Origin: Malacoraja senta
Taxonomy: Eukaryota
Length of the DNA stretch: 64,000 nt
Direction: 5' to 3'
Assembly (NCBI GenBank): GCA_038087875.1
Contig: CM075977.1
Coordinates: 193,440,001-193,504,000 of the forward strand
Made by a program: the position numbers and the translations under genes
The notes under the pieces: model-generated
The model's input: the letters and a program-made list of their open reading frames with translations, nothing else
Databases searched by the model: none
Told to the model about the DNA's origin: nothing
Part shown: in pieces, positions 13,887-26,726 of the stretch
How the letters are laid out: each line of letters opens with the position of its first letter
Numbering within the stretch: the stretch's first letter is position 1

Positions 13887-15079
13887 ACAATTAAAAAATG
13901 TTACACTTCTGTCTAACCAATGTCCTTATACAGTTGCAGCAATTGATTGAGCTTAGTCTAGTGTGTTCTATGGGTAATTGCAGCATTAAGGATTTTTCAA
14001 ACAGCAAATTAGAGAACATTACATTCAACAAATATCAAAACTGTATGACTTACTCCACTGAACAGAGATGGAAGTGGTGATTCCTCAATCTCGCTTACAT
14101 AATTTTTCACATGATACATTATACAATTTAAGAGAATTTTTGTTCAGTGTCACTGTTATTTATGTGGGAGATATGAAACAATAGATAAATCTGTTTAAAG
14201 ACAGTTGTGGGCTTTAGCGAGAGGCCCACATGGTTCTTAACGGTGCTGTTGATTGCCTGTTCTTTATAGTTAATTGCACCTGCAATTCCCTCATGTTTTG
14301 AGGGGTAATGCATGCACGCTTCCAGTAACATATCAGTGCCAAGCTATCTGTCTGACGACAGCAAAGCTTATTAAGGTGTGAATCAAGGTCAAAAGCAATC
14401 AACCCTCAGAAGACCAGAAGGTTAAGATCTACCAAAATGGTAAATTGGCTTTGTAACCTGCAAGCTTGTTGTGGGAGAGAACTACTTTAATATAAGGTGC
14501 TGTGTCCCAAAGGAAATAGAAGAGAATGCAGGCTGTGTTGAATATTCATTCCCTTGCTACAGTCTGTTTCTTTTTCATATCATCAGATTGTGAGACTTTG
14601 TGGATTGTAGTGATATTGAAATTTCAGTTGTGTTTCTTTGAAAGGACTCTATACAACATTTTATGTTTTTTAAGATACATAGATTTGCATAACTCAGACC
14701 ATAGTCATAATCAGAGAGTTGGACAATAAACTCGATCGTCATCCTACCACATTCATGCTGGCCTTTTTGCCTGTCAACAGTAACCCCTTTTTCAAGCATT
14801 AGGATTGTATCTTTCTATGCTTTGCCTGTTTAACAGCCTGTCTAAATATCCCTTAAATGTAGCAATTGTATCAAATTTCATCATCTCCACATCTATTCCT
14901 CTGATTCCAACTGACTATTTGAACGCATGTAGTATTGCCGAACAAAGTGATTGCCTTTCTCTTTACCTAAGCTTCATCCATATGGCCTCAGTGGGCAGCT
15001 CCTTCAGGATATCCTCTCTGCTTTTTTTGCATTCCCCCCTTTCATGTCTGAACTTTGTATATTGGGAACATTAAATGCC

Positions 15080-15570
15080 AGTCCCACCCTTCACATAACC
15101 ATGTTTCTGTGATTGCAATAACAGAGCAATTGCATTTGCTGATCCATGCTCTGAGCTCATCTGACTTACTTGTGAGGTCCCTAAATTAAAGTAAATTAAG
15201 TCTATTAACAGTCCCACGCTCTGTAATCTGCCACTGTCCCAGTGAGGCAACATACCCATCTGGAGTCTCACCCTTGGCCCATAGAAACGCCAGTCTGTTC
15301 CCCTCACTAATAAATCCTTTAGCACTACCACTGGCCTCGGCTTTTCCCTCTCCTGCCATGCATCAGGCACAAGCATAATATCAGAAACTTGGCTGCCCCT
15401 GCTGCTTACTTCTGAGATGCCTCTTCTCCCCGACAGTATCCAAAACTGAATATCTATTTGCAAGGGGTCTCTTGCATTACCTGCCTCCATCACTGCTCTT
15501 CCTGGTGGGCACCCATCACTTCTCTTTCTGCTACTGCAGTGTGACCAACTCACGAAATATACTAAATACT
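15080..15570 (-). mobile_element. Decayed CR1 ORF1 (esterase-like) fragment
   Basis: VVVLKDLLVRGTDWRFYG resembles the CR1 ORF1 GDSIVRGTD motif. Confidence 0.5.
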
Positions 15571-15649
15571 ACATTTTCCACCATGAATGCTCCATAGTGA
15601 GTCTAACTGCTCCGTGTGGTCTCACAAGAGGCGCATGTGGACACTGGCA

Positions 15650-15765
15650 TGCTGGTTCTGCAGGATGAGCAACATCAGGGGCAGTTTTAATGCCACTGAT
15701 GACATTGGTTTGGTCACCAGTGGCATTGGAATTGCCCCTATGATGCACATCCTGCAGAACCAGCA
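15650..15765. repeat. Long inverted repeat / hairpin (~54-bp arms, 9-nt loop)
   Basis: tgctggttctgcaggatg...aatgccactgatgac [attggtttg] gtcaccagtggcatt...catcctgcagaaccagca. Confidence 0.9.
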
Positions 15766-17642
15766 AAGCACTGCCCTACTGGTTCCTAGTCCCTTCAACA
15801 AAGCAAAAAATCTTACCTGATCACTACTCACCCTGCTCCCAAGCCCACACTTTGATCTCAACAGGAGCCCTCCAGCTTCACAGTCTGTATCAAATCCCAG
15901 TGTGTGATAGTGCGGAATTGGTAATTTCTTATTGTATGCCTTTGGACTTTGTGTAATAATCCTCCTTCCAAATATCTCCAACAACTAATTCATGCCTAAT
16001 TGCAGTGGCTCTGACAGTATGGCACCATATTCTTCCCAAAGTAGCAACAAATCAAGAGCATCCAGTCAATCCAATTACCATAAAAAATGTGTCCAATCAT
16101 AATTCTATTCTTAATCTGGGTGAACACTACCTTTCACGTAAAAGTCTCAGTTCAGAGAATGGGAGATACTAGTCTGCTTAGGAAAACTATTCTATCAAAT
16201 AAGTTATGAAAGATTGGGAACAAGTCTAAACTATATCAATTATGACATATAACTACTGATTATTTATGCTAACCATAACATCACCATAAACATAATGTGA
16301 TTGATAATTTTCCTTTAAGAGTCACCATCCTTTTTTTCACTGACATTGTTACATTCCTTATATACGGTCCCGTAATTTGCCACCTATCTTTCCTTTTTTT
16401 TGGTTTATATTTTTGCAGTTTGTCGGACGTATATATGTGTACATAATTAACTCTGTAAACAAATGTACTGCTTGCCGGCTGCAAAGAAGTGTGAAAACGA
16501 TTAACAGTCCAGAGCCGGGGCCATTAGTACCTTACTTCCTCTGTATAGCATTCTCTGAGCTCCTTCAGAGACTGCCCACCTCCACCCCCACCATCCCCCT
16601 CTCCCACTCCTTTTTCCTGACAAAGGGAGAATGTCGGTCTAATGTGCCACCACATTACAGGCCATGAGGGGCTGCGTTGCTGACGGTGAAGGAATGGAGT
16701 AGGCAGAGCAATTCACTGCCAATTGAGAAAAGAACTCTAATTCTGATAAATGGTCGACCCCATTACATCCTACCTGTTATTATAACAGACATGCAGTATC
16801 TGTGCAGTAAATTAGTTAAACCCCATAAGGGTTTCACAGTAGCTTATCTTGAAGTGAGTAATTTGACTGGTGAAGGAGGTGCGCGCGTGACCGGTATAAG
16901 TGATTCTTTCCACATTAAAGCAGCTTTAATTGACTGCTATTTTCTTCCTTAATTCATACTTATCATATATTGTCTCTCCACGAGAAAGAATACAAAAGTA
17001 GTTTGCAGTAATTTCTCTTTTATCAACTAATATTTGTATTTATGATTGAACAAAAAAAACCTTGACAGTAAAATAAAGTAGTGCAGTTTTGCATTGAAAA
17101 AACCCATAAACTACATATTTCAAGTAATCTATAATAACAAAGAATATACATGGTCTGTACAATATACATTATTGTATATTTGAAATAAGGGTAATTTCAT
17201 CTGTATAATTTACGGTGATGATATTTTTCTATATTAATGTGATTGAAATTGCAATATATTGTAATATGTATTACATCAATGTATTGAATATAAGCACTAT
17301 AATATTTAATGAATGTGTTAATCAGAATATATTACTCAATAATGTATAATTGTATAATAATAGCAATCCCCATGTGTTAAATAATGACTCTTCCTTTTCA
17401 GGAATTACATGAATTTTCAGGAATCGCATCTCTCCCCACCACCATGCCCTCCCCTTTCCGCTCTGCTCCTACTCCAACTCTTAGAATACCCAACTCTTTC
17501 CTCCCTTTGGATAAATGCGCTTATTTTATTCTGGTCGTCCATTGTACCATTTTCACCTCCCCTCATTAGAATGTCCCACCTCCATCCCTCTTTGGTTGCA
17601 CCATCTCCTTCCCTCATTGAGACAGACTTTCCTCCATTGCAT

Positions 17643-17730
17643 TGAAAGGTCCTGACCCGAAACGTCACCTAGCCATATTCTCCAGAGTTGCTGCCTGACA
17701 TGCTGAGTTACTCCAGCACTTTGTGTCTTT
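17643..17730 (+). mobile_element. Single arm of the fold-back family
   Basis: ggtcctgacccgaaacgtcacc...ctgagttactccagcactttgtgtc. Confidence 0.65.
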
Positions 17731-17820
17731 TTCCTCCATTGTTTATTGTTCTGGACCTTCATCCATTGTCTGATTGGTTCAGGCCTCACTAAATGTCCAT
17801 AGGAAAACAACTGAGAATTG

Positions 17821-17927
17821 AGAACCCTTCAATGCTTCCAACATTTTCTGTTTTTGCTTCGCATTTCCAAGTTTAATTTAGTTTAGTTTAGCAAAAACAG
17901 AAAATGTTGGAAGCATTGAGGGGTTCT
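17821..17927. repeat. Inverted repeat, 38-bp arms, 1 mismatch
   Basis: agaacccttcaatgcttccaacattttctgtttttgct / agcaaaaacagaaaatgttggaagcattgaggggttct. Confidence 0.9.
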
Positions 17928-18309
17928 TGACCTGAAACATCAACTCCGTTTCACTCGCCCCAGATACTGCCTGACTTGCTGTGTTTTTCCATCATTCCTT
18001 CTTATTATTTGCTAAACTAATCTCTTATTCAAATTTTGTTGCATGAACAAATTCCGTTGTGGGTTTATCTCTGTGTACCAGGAATCCTTTAGATTACAGA
18101 CCCATGAAATGATTATTCATTGCCTTACATCCTTGTCTGATATTAATTCCTTTTCTGCAAAATGGTTTCCTTAGTGAGAATTGGATGACCAAGAGTTTTG
18201 TAAGCTTTCATGATTGTAGTGCCTGTAAAAATCATTGCACAATACAATACAGACAAGCTGCAGCATAAATACTGCAATCTGAATTTATACATTAAGCAGC
18301 AAAAATAAG

Positions 18310-20630
18310 GTTGACATTGTCCATATGGACCAGTAAGGCCTTTGATAAAGCTCTGTATGGTAGGGTGCTCTGGAAGGTTAGATCGGATGTGACCCAGGGA
18401 GAACTAACTAAATGGATACAAAATTGGCTTCATGGGAGAAGGAGACGGTGAAGTGGTGGGTTGTTTTTCAGACTGGAGGCCTGTGACTGGAGATGTGCCT
18501 CAAGGATCAGTGCTGGTCCCAATTCACTTTGTGGTTTATATCAACATTTTGGATGAGAATGTACAGAGCATGTTTAGTAAGGTTGCAGATGACACTAAAG
18601 TAAATTGTGCTGTAGACAGTGCAGATGGTTGTCAAAAATTACAGCAGGATCTTGATCAACTGAGCAAGTAGGCTGAGGAAAGGTTAATGGAGTTTAATGC
18701 AGATACGTGTGAGATGTTGCATCTTCGGAAGTCAAACCAGGGCAGAAACTTCACAGTGAATGGTAGGGCGCTGGGGAATGTTGTAGAGCAGAGGGATCTG
18801 GGAGTACAGGCACATAGTTCCTTGGAAGTGAAATAATGTTAACTCCATTGTCACCTAAATGGTTACTGTATATATGTGGACCCAGCACCATACTAGTACC
18901 ATACCATGGTCACAGGCCTCCGATTGGAAAAACAACCCTCCACAACTATCCTTTGACTTCTTCCCATATGCCAATTTTGAATCCAATTAGAGTCATAGAG
19001 GCATTGAGCTATACTGCATGGAAACAGGGTCTTTGGCCACCTGTTCCTTCCTGACCGAGTTAGCATACTGGGATAATTTTATTTTCCTGCATTTGGCCCG
19101 TAGCCGTCTGACCGTCCTCATGATGTTGAGCTCTTTCACGTTGCCTCTGCCTCAAGGCCTGTTTCTCTGGCAAGTAGCCCTCATCTCCAAGTGAAGATCT
19201 TTTCAGTTTAGTTCTCCTCCAAACATTTCCTAACCTGTATCATTTCAAATGTCTTTTCAAAGTTGTAATTGTATCACTTCTACAGCTCCCTCCAGCGTCT
19301 CATTTCTGAAACCTTCTGAGTGAAAAGGTTGTCCCTGCGGTTCCTCGTTAATCCCTCCCAGTATGCCCTCTAGTTTTAGAATATCCTATGCTGGGCAAAA
19401 GATTTCGAGCATTCACTTTAACCATGCCTGTCATGATATTGTACACCTCAATAAGGTCACCGTTTAGCCTCCTATGCTCCACAGAAAAAAGTCCCAGACT
19501 CTCCAACCTCTTGCCCCTAATTCAAGGCCGCAAACCCAAGTAGCATTCTGGTGAAATTTCTCGGCACCCTTTCCAAATTAAAAATACCTTCTTATACCTG
19601 TGTGAACAGAACAGCATACAGCAAGTGTGATCTCACCAACAACTTGTGCAGCTACATCATGATGTGCCAATCTTTGTGCCCAATATCCTTCACAATGAGG
19701 GTGGAGAAAACACTTCCTTCTTCACACTGATCACCTGACTTATCACTTTTCAGAAACCATGCACCTCCACACTCACTGCCCTGCAACACACTTCAAGGCT
19801 CAACCATTTACTGTATAAGGTCCTGACCTAGTTTGACATACCAAACTGCAACGATTCACACTTGTCGGAGTTAAATTCCATTTGCAATCCTTGGCCTACC
19901 TTCCCAACTGATCTCGACCCTGGTATAAATTTGGTTATCCCTCCTCACTGACGACTATACCATTAATTTTGGTGTCATCTCCAAATTTACTGACAATGTT
20001 AAGTACATGCTCATCCAAATAGTTAATGAACAAATAACAATGGATCCAGCATCGACCTCTAAGGCACTCCAACGGTCATGGACCACCAATCAGTAAAACA
20101 ATCCACCTAATGAAGAGCATTAGGTGGTGCAGTGGTAGAGTTGCTGCCTTACAGTGCTTTCAGCGCTAGAGACGTGGGTTCGATCCCGACTACGGGTGCT
20201 GCCTGTACAGAGTTTGTACATTCTCCCCGTGACCACATGGGTTTTCTCTGAGATCATTGGTTTCCTCCCACACTCCAAAGGCGTACATGTTTGTAGGGTA
20301 ATTGACTGTAAATGTAAATTGTCTCTAGGCTAGGGTAGTGTTAATATGTGGGGATCGCTGATCAGTGCGGACTCGGTGGGCCGAAGGGCCTGTTTCCGCG
20401 CTGTATCTCTAAACTAAACTAAACTACCATTTAACTCCTTCCTCAAAGCCAATTTTGAATCTAATTGACTAGTTCACCTTGGATTCCATGCACTTTAACC
20501 TTCCATATTAACCTACAGCGCAGGGCTTTGTCAAAGGCCTTGCTAAAGTCCATATAGATAACACCCACACGCACTCATCCTCCTTTTAGTGGCCTCTTCA
20601 AAAAATATGGGACATGATTTCCCATGCGCT
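18310..20630. mobile_element. Cluster of decayed CR1 fragments (+ 18310-18835; - 18835-20630)
   Basis: WRPVTGDVPQGSVL...SKVADDTK on the + strand; reverse-strand RT/3' segments follow. Confidence 0.8.
20122..20426 (+). mobile_element. tRNA-derived V-SINE (HE1-like)
   Basis: A box TGGTGCAGTGG (20125), B box GGTTCGATCCC (20177), V-domain tttcctcccacactccaaag, CR1-type tail gggccgaagggcctgtttcc and (TAAAC)n. Confidence 0.9.
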
Positions 20631-21429
20631 TATGAAACTCTTGTTATTGGTGAGGCACGAATGTTGTGAAAATCTATCTTTTCAAAACAAATTTACAATT
20701 TGATTGAACCTCTGCATTGAACTTATCCCAGAATAATTATTTTGAGATTCTTTTATCTGACCAGTAGACGGAACCTCATCTGTAGAATGATTTTACCTGG
20801 AACACCCAGTTATCATTTATACTTACACTATGCATGAGTCATCACCAATCTGACTGTAATCTTCTCAAACACCGTAAACAGAAAAGTAAGAAAGTGAAGT
20901 TTCTCTGCCAAACTCATCTTGTCAAGTCAGTACAATCCAACCCAAAAATGTAATCCTGAAGATCTTGTTTGAAATGTTTATTTTGCAGATGTGGACGTCC
21001 CTGGAAAGGCCAATATTTATGACCCAATCCGTAAACTGAAAGTTTAACCTGAACTTACCTGAAGGACATGGGCCAATCAATTACGCTTTTTTTACTATCT
21101 ACATCATCTTTTATAAATTCCGGAATTGATTTAATTATCTACAGATTATCAGTTCACATTTTTATTTTTAATCTAGCAATTTAATTATGTGCTACCATGT
21201 GCATTTTATATATAAACAATTGATGATTTTAGATTCCTGAAAATTGTCAAACGTAAAAGGAACTGTAAATGTTTCACTTTTTGCATTTTAGATTAATGTC
21301 ATTCATTCACAGATTACACACGGGTCCATTTAATATTGGAAGACCACTCTACGCTAAACCTGTGTGACATTTTAGAATTGGCATTCATATTTTCTAGTCT
21401 TTCAATGGACCCATCTCACTATTTTGTTT

Positions 21430-21522
21430 GAAGATAGACACAAAATGCTGGAGTAACGCAATGGGACAGGCAGCATCTCTGGAGAGTAGGAATTGGTGAT
21501 GTTTCGGGTCGAGACCCTTCTT
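21430..21522 (-). mobile_element. Single arm of the fold-back family
   Basis: gaagatagacacaaaatgctggagtaac...gtttcgggtcgagacccttctt. Confidence 0.7.
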
Positions 21523-23156
21523 ATTTTATTTTCTGTGGACCATCATCTGGCAAATAATTCATACTCCTCCTGTCTCTTGGTTATTTAGTTGCTTCATCAT
21601 TGTGGCCCCGTCTAGGCTCTAAACCCTGGCATTCCTCGCTATAACTTTCTGCCTCCGTAACTCTCTTTCCTTCTTTAAAATTCATCTTAAAAGCTGCTAA
21701 AACTTTGGCCACCACTTCTCATGTGTCCATGTATGGCTCAGTGTATATTTAGGTAAAATTTAGGTATCTTGAGAAGCACTGTCAAATTAGATAAGTCGTA
21801 CGAAAGGAAGCTGTACGTGTGGCAGATGTTTGTTGTGCTGTATGTTATAGTGAAAATTTCCAAGTGAGTCTGATCTGGCATTAACCTGGGCACTCTTTTA
21901 GTGTGGACTTTGCAGGTAAAATCCTCCTGAACTACGGAAGTGCTATTTTCTTGTTAGTGCAAATGCGGTGAAAAGGGTGAGGATATAGTTGTAAATGATA
22001 GTGCTTGCGGTTTCTAAACAGAGTATCTTGAAGATATATAACTGCAGAGCTGAAACTTTGATGTCTCACATCTGCACTCAATTCGAACACAGATGGTCGT
22101 GGTGGTGCCATGCAAAGATTGGACAATCCACATCCATCTTCATAAATAAAACCAACATTATGCTACTGTAGATATTTTAGAAGAGTGTTAGACCTCTTTG
22201 GATGGATTGATTTTGCAATCAGGTAAATATGTAAAGGATTTGAACAGCTGTATACAAATTAGTGAGGAACAGTCCCAGGTTGCATTAGGCTGGAACAGGA
22301 ACTGGAGACAGGAACAGAGAGATGAGATTAAAACTGGTAAATTACTTCTCTATTACGTATGTATAAACATCAGGATACTGTGTTGTTGTTTTTTAATTCC
22401 AGATTCTGCTCACCCTTTTTGAAGTTTGAGTTTATCAATCTTCAGTTGAAATTGCATGACCATTTGCCTCCCCACTTCACCCATTTTGTATGTGAGTGGG
22501 CAGCGTTTGATGACTTGGTTGATAGGCTAATTGGCTACCTTAAATTGTCATAGTGTGTAGGTGAGAGGTAGAAATAGGGAGGGAGAGGTGGGGAGAGTTG
22601 ATTGGAACATGGGCAGAACAATAATATTTATGATTAGAGCAGTGGATGCAGGGTGGTTGTTGCGGGCTCGGTGGGCTGAAGGGACAGTATCCCTGTGGAA
22701 TTACTCTATGATTTAATCTTTGACTTCATTGATTTATGTCGATTTTTATTCTCCTGTAATCTTCTTGGAAATACTGTGCTGTCTTCTTAGAAAAAGGAGT
22801 TGATCAATGTTGAGCTTCTTTGGGATTATCCTAAGCAGAAAATGAGATGTGCAGATGAGGTCCTCGTTAAGTGTGCTAAAACAAAGGGAATGAATTTAAC
22901 TGAAGAATAACCTCACGAAACACCACCAGATTTCACAGGTCAACTCCTGGAATCCACATGGGGTAGGCATAGACCATCTTCTCTTGTGGATATGAGAATG
23001 GGACCCCGTTTTGTTTCTAAATGTATTGACATGTTGACAATGTCTTATCATCAGATGTATCATTACTGACTATGAAAGCACTCGTTTCCTGGTTTGTTAT
23101 GTGACTGAAAGCATAACTAATTTTTCTTTCTTTCTTTTATACAACCCATTTCTCAG

Positions 23157-23183
23157 GCATCTCATACACAGAATACCGCACAG
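23157..23183 (+). other. Candidate 27-nt alternative bnc2 microexon
   Basis: Branch point CTAAT at 23117-23121, long pyrimidine tract, ctcAG acceptor and CAG|gtataa donor. Frame-preserving and stop-free in the bnc2 phase-2 frame (HLIHRIPHR). Confidence 0.3.
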
Positions 23184-24039
23184 GTATAAACCATTTACTA
23201 ATCTTACAAGCTTCTGTAGTTTATTGTAAATTGCAAACTAGTTTCTGAAATACTTGCATGTGCTCACCAGTGTGCAATTAATACCAGCTTATTAAAATGG
23301 TGCATAAAAGAATGCTTTTTACTTCATTGCTGAACATTAAATTCTTAATCAGATTTAACTGGTTCATAAGTACTTTCTAACTAATTGATATTAAAATGAT
23401 TAGCAGGTTAAGAATGTTAATCCAAAGAGAAGATTACAGTTTCAAATAAAAATAAATAAGAAATCCCAGTTACAATTGGACTGTGCTTGGGGTGTTGATA
23501 TTCCACTGGCTTTAAGGGAAGTCTATTATTAACAATATCTTATTGAGGCTTCCCGTATTTTCAGAGCCTTTTAATGCCAGTTCTGATTCCTGTGCTGATA
23601 TGATCATCATCTTTCCAGAGAAGCTGCTTAAGCTGATGCATAACCTGAATTTGAGCTTATCTCTCTTTCAATGCCCACATCACCAGTTCCCCCTCCTCAC
23701 ACCCATCCGGTTATCAACGTGTCCATTTCAAATCATTCCACATTTGCAAAGCAACCACTATAGCGAGTGTGCTGGGAATTGATGCCCAGCCATGTTGCAG
23801 CAGGAACTGATCGCTACAATCCTTGTAAGGAAACACAGCAATGTGAAAAAGGCAGTGTAGAACTCTCCTGCTCCTTCTTAGAAAATAGTCATGTGGAGTT
23901 TTTCTGAAAGAGGATAACGTTGATTATCAACTCTTCTGAATGATACACGCGCTGACATTACTGTGCTCTGTCAGTACTGCCCCTTCAGCATATCAAGCAA
24001 TGTTGATTATTAAAATAGAGGGACTTTCACAATTGAAGT

Positions 24040-24745
24040 CACAAGCCCCTTAAAAAGGCAGCGACAGGTGAATAAAGTGGTGAAGAAAGCATATGGGATG
24101 CTTGCCTTCATTGGCCGTGGCATAGAATATAAATATTGGGATGTCATGTTACAGTTTTATAAAATCTTAGGGCAGAATTGGTCTGGTCACCATACCATAG
24201 GAAGAATGTGATTGTGCTTGAGAAAAGATTCACTAGGATATTGGAGTATTATATGTAGTTCTGGTTACCCATTACAGGAAGGATGTAGAGGTTTTGGAAA
24301 GAGTGCAGAGCAGGTTTACTAGAACGATGACTGAATTAGGGGTATCAGTTATAGGGACATGTTGGACAGCCCTGGATCATTTTCTCGGGGATGTTGGAGG
24401 TTGCGAGGAGACCTGATGGTGGTGGGTCTAGTGTAGATGGGGGCAGCTTGGTTTGCATGAACAAGTTGAGCCGATGGGCTTTTTCCATGCTGTATGACTC
24501 TTTGACTCTATGTAAAATTATGAGAGCATAGAAAGGCTAGACAAAACACTTTTCCCAGGACGGAAAAATCAAACACGAGAGGGTTGAGGCAGATACGATG
24601 GTGGCATTTAAGAGACATAGATAGGCATATGTATATGTAGGGAATGGAGGGGATATACATTATGTGCAGACAGATAACAGGTGGTCTTGGCATCATATTT
24701 AGCAACTGGACCTGTGCTTGTACTGTACTGCTCTATGTTTTATGT
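24040..24745 (+). mobile_element. Decayed CR1 3' fragments
   Basis: gtggtgaagaaagcatatgggatgcttgccttcattgg and two 3' tails. Confidence 0.75.
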
Positions 24746-26049
24746 CCTAGGATGTTCACACAAGAAACTGGAAATGCTGGAATACTAAGACAAACATAAA
24801 GTGCTGGAGGAACTCAACGAGTCAGATAGCATCTGGTGAGGGAATGTAGTGCCTTCCGAAGATGCTACCTGTCCTGCTGAGTTTCTTTGGTTGGCTTCTA
24901 TGGCCTATGACTCTTATGACCTCCACTGTATACCACCAATGACAGACAGCATGATACACCTTCAATCCTGCCCCTCCAACATCTCTCTCTAGTGTAGCAC
25001 TCCCTCAGTACTCTTTGATAATGTAATGCTTCCTCAGTGCTACCACTACAACAGTACACCATGCCATTTGCACTGACTTTCATGCTCAGGTCTCTGTTGA
25101 GTGGGACTTGAACTAAAAATGGATCTGTCCACTAAACAGTTTCAGAAGCTGCTTAACCACTTATGCTTTATGCTACTTATTGGGAACCTCGTGCATTTAT
25201 GAAGAAGCTATTGGATAAATTGTAAATGTTCTACCCCCTTTATCAAACTTATCCAATTTAGCATTCACCACTGGTACGTTAAATTGACCGGTCGTTCTGT
25301 GTGAGTGTCAGGCTAGTACACAGTCCTAGTTTATATTCATTCTAGTTTATACCCATCCTAGTCCCCCCTCACAAGTAGGACATATTTTTCTAGTTGCTGC
25401 CTTTAAAGTTCAGATACCTGCAGAACAGTGAGATTTCAATATTTTCATTCATAATTATTGCCATGGGAATTTAAAATTGCCGTTTCGTTGAGAACAGTGT
25501 TAATATCCCCTGATTAGTGTTCCATCCTTTGATGTTGGCGTCTCCATATTGGGTATTAAATTATCGGGTGTTAGTGTCCCATCTTAATGTTCTACCATTG
25601 AATATTAGTGTCTCATGATGTCTATTTGTGCCACCATTGAGAGTTAGCCATGCAGTATGGAAACAACCTGATTGTCCTACCATGCCTGTGCTGGCCATCA
25701 AGTATCTACCTTTACTAATCCTATTTCCCAGCCCTCGGCTTGTGGCCTCATACTTCCAATATTCACATCTTGAAAAGGAGCATATCGAGTTCTCATCCAG
25801 ATACTTTTATATGTACTGAAAGTTTCTGCCTCCAGCACTTCCTGAGGGTATGAGTCACAAGTTACAACCATCGACTGGGTAAATACATTTCTTCCTCAAA
25901 TCGCATTTTAATCTCCTGTCCCTTAACATAAACCTCTGATTATGGATGTCTCTGCTAATGGGATGTTTCTCACTATCTACCCTATGTGAGGTCAGTATGG
26001 GAAGTGTTTGCCAAATATGTGTGTATGGTCCACCAAGGCCTACTGGATC

Positions 26050-26420
26050 TCCCCACTCCCCCCCCCCTCCCTCCCTTAGCTGCTTTTCTTCCCTATCCTT
26101 TGGCTGGATGCTTATCCATTTATCCCACCCTCCTCCATCAATATTCCTTCTTCTGGCTTCACAATTCCCACTTCAAACTTTATCTTACACAAAAGGTATT
26201 TTCATCTCTGGCCTTTGTTCACCATCTGCCTATCAAAGAAAATCACTCATCTGTATTTCTGTATTTACCTATCACTCACCAGGCTTTGTGCTGCTTTGCC
26301 TCTCTTTCAGCTTTCTCCCCCCTCCATCACAAATGAAGAAGGGTCCTGACACGAAACGTCACCCATCCATATTCTCCAGAAATGCTGCCTGACCCACTAA
26401 GTTACTCCAGCACTGTGTTT
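26050..26420 (+). mobile_element. Penelope-like terminal fragment: pyrimidine-rich tract plus hammerhead arm
   Basis: C/T-rich segment, then atgaagaagggtcctgacacgaaacgtcacc...gttactccagcac (core C3 mutated). Confidence 0.6.
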
Positions 26421-26674
26421 TTTATATTCCTGGAATTTGTATACCTCCCATCTCATATGTTTTCAAGTTTAAATTCCATCTGCCTTTTCTATGCCCATTT
26501 TGCTAACTAGACAATTATGATTCTGTTGTGGAACATTACCCTCCTCACTCTCCACAACATCACTGGTCTTCATTCCATCAGTGATCTTACTGATCATACT
26601 TCCATATAACCATATAACCATATAACAATTACAGCACGGAAACAGGCCATCTCGACCCTTCTAGTCCGTGCCAA

Positions 26675-26726
26675 ACATCCACAGTAAGGGTCCCAGCACC
26701 ACATCCACAGTAAGGGTCCCAGCACC
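26675..26726. repeat. 26-bp tandem duplication
   Basis: acatccacagtaagggtcccagcacc x2. Confidence 0.9.

Noticed and set aside
15587-15820. ORF with VTSGIGIAPMMHIL, resembling an FNR-family NAD-binding motif
   Set aside because: The motif lies inside a DNA palindrome and has no flanking domain or exon structure; probably chance.
17100-17385. Very AT-rich tract as an organelle insertion or origin
   Set aside because: Low complexity, with no recognisable mitochondrial gene or tRNA.
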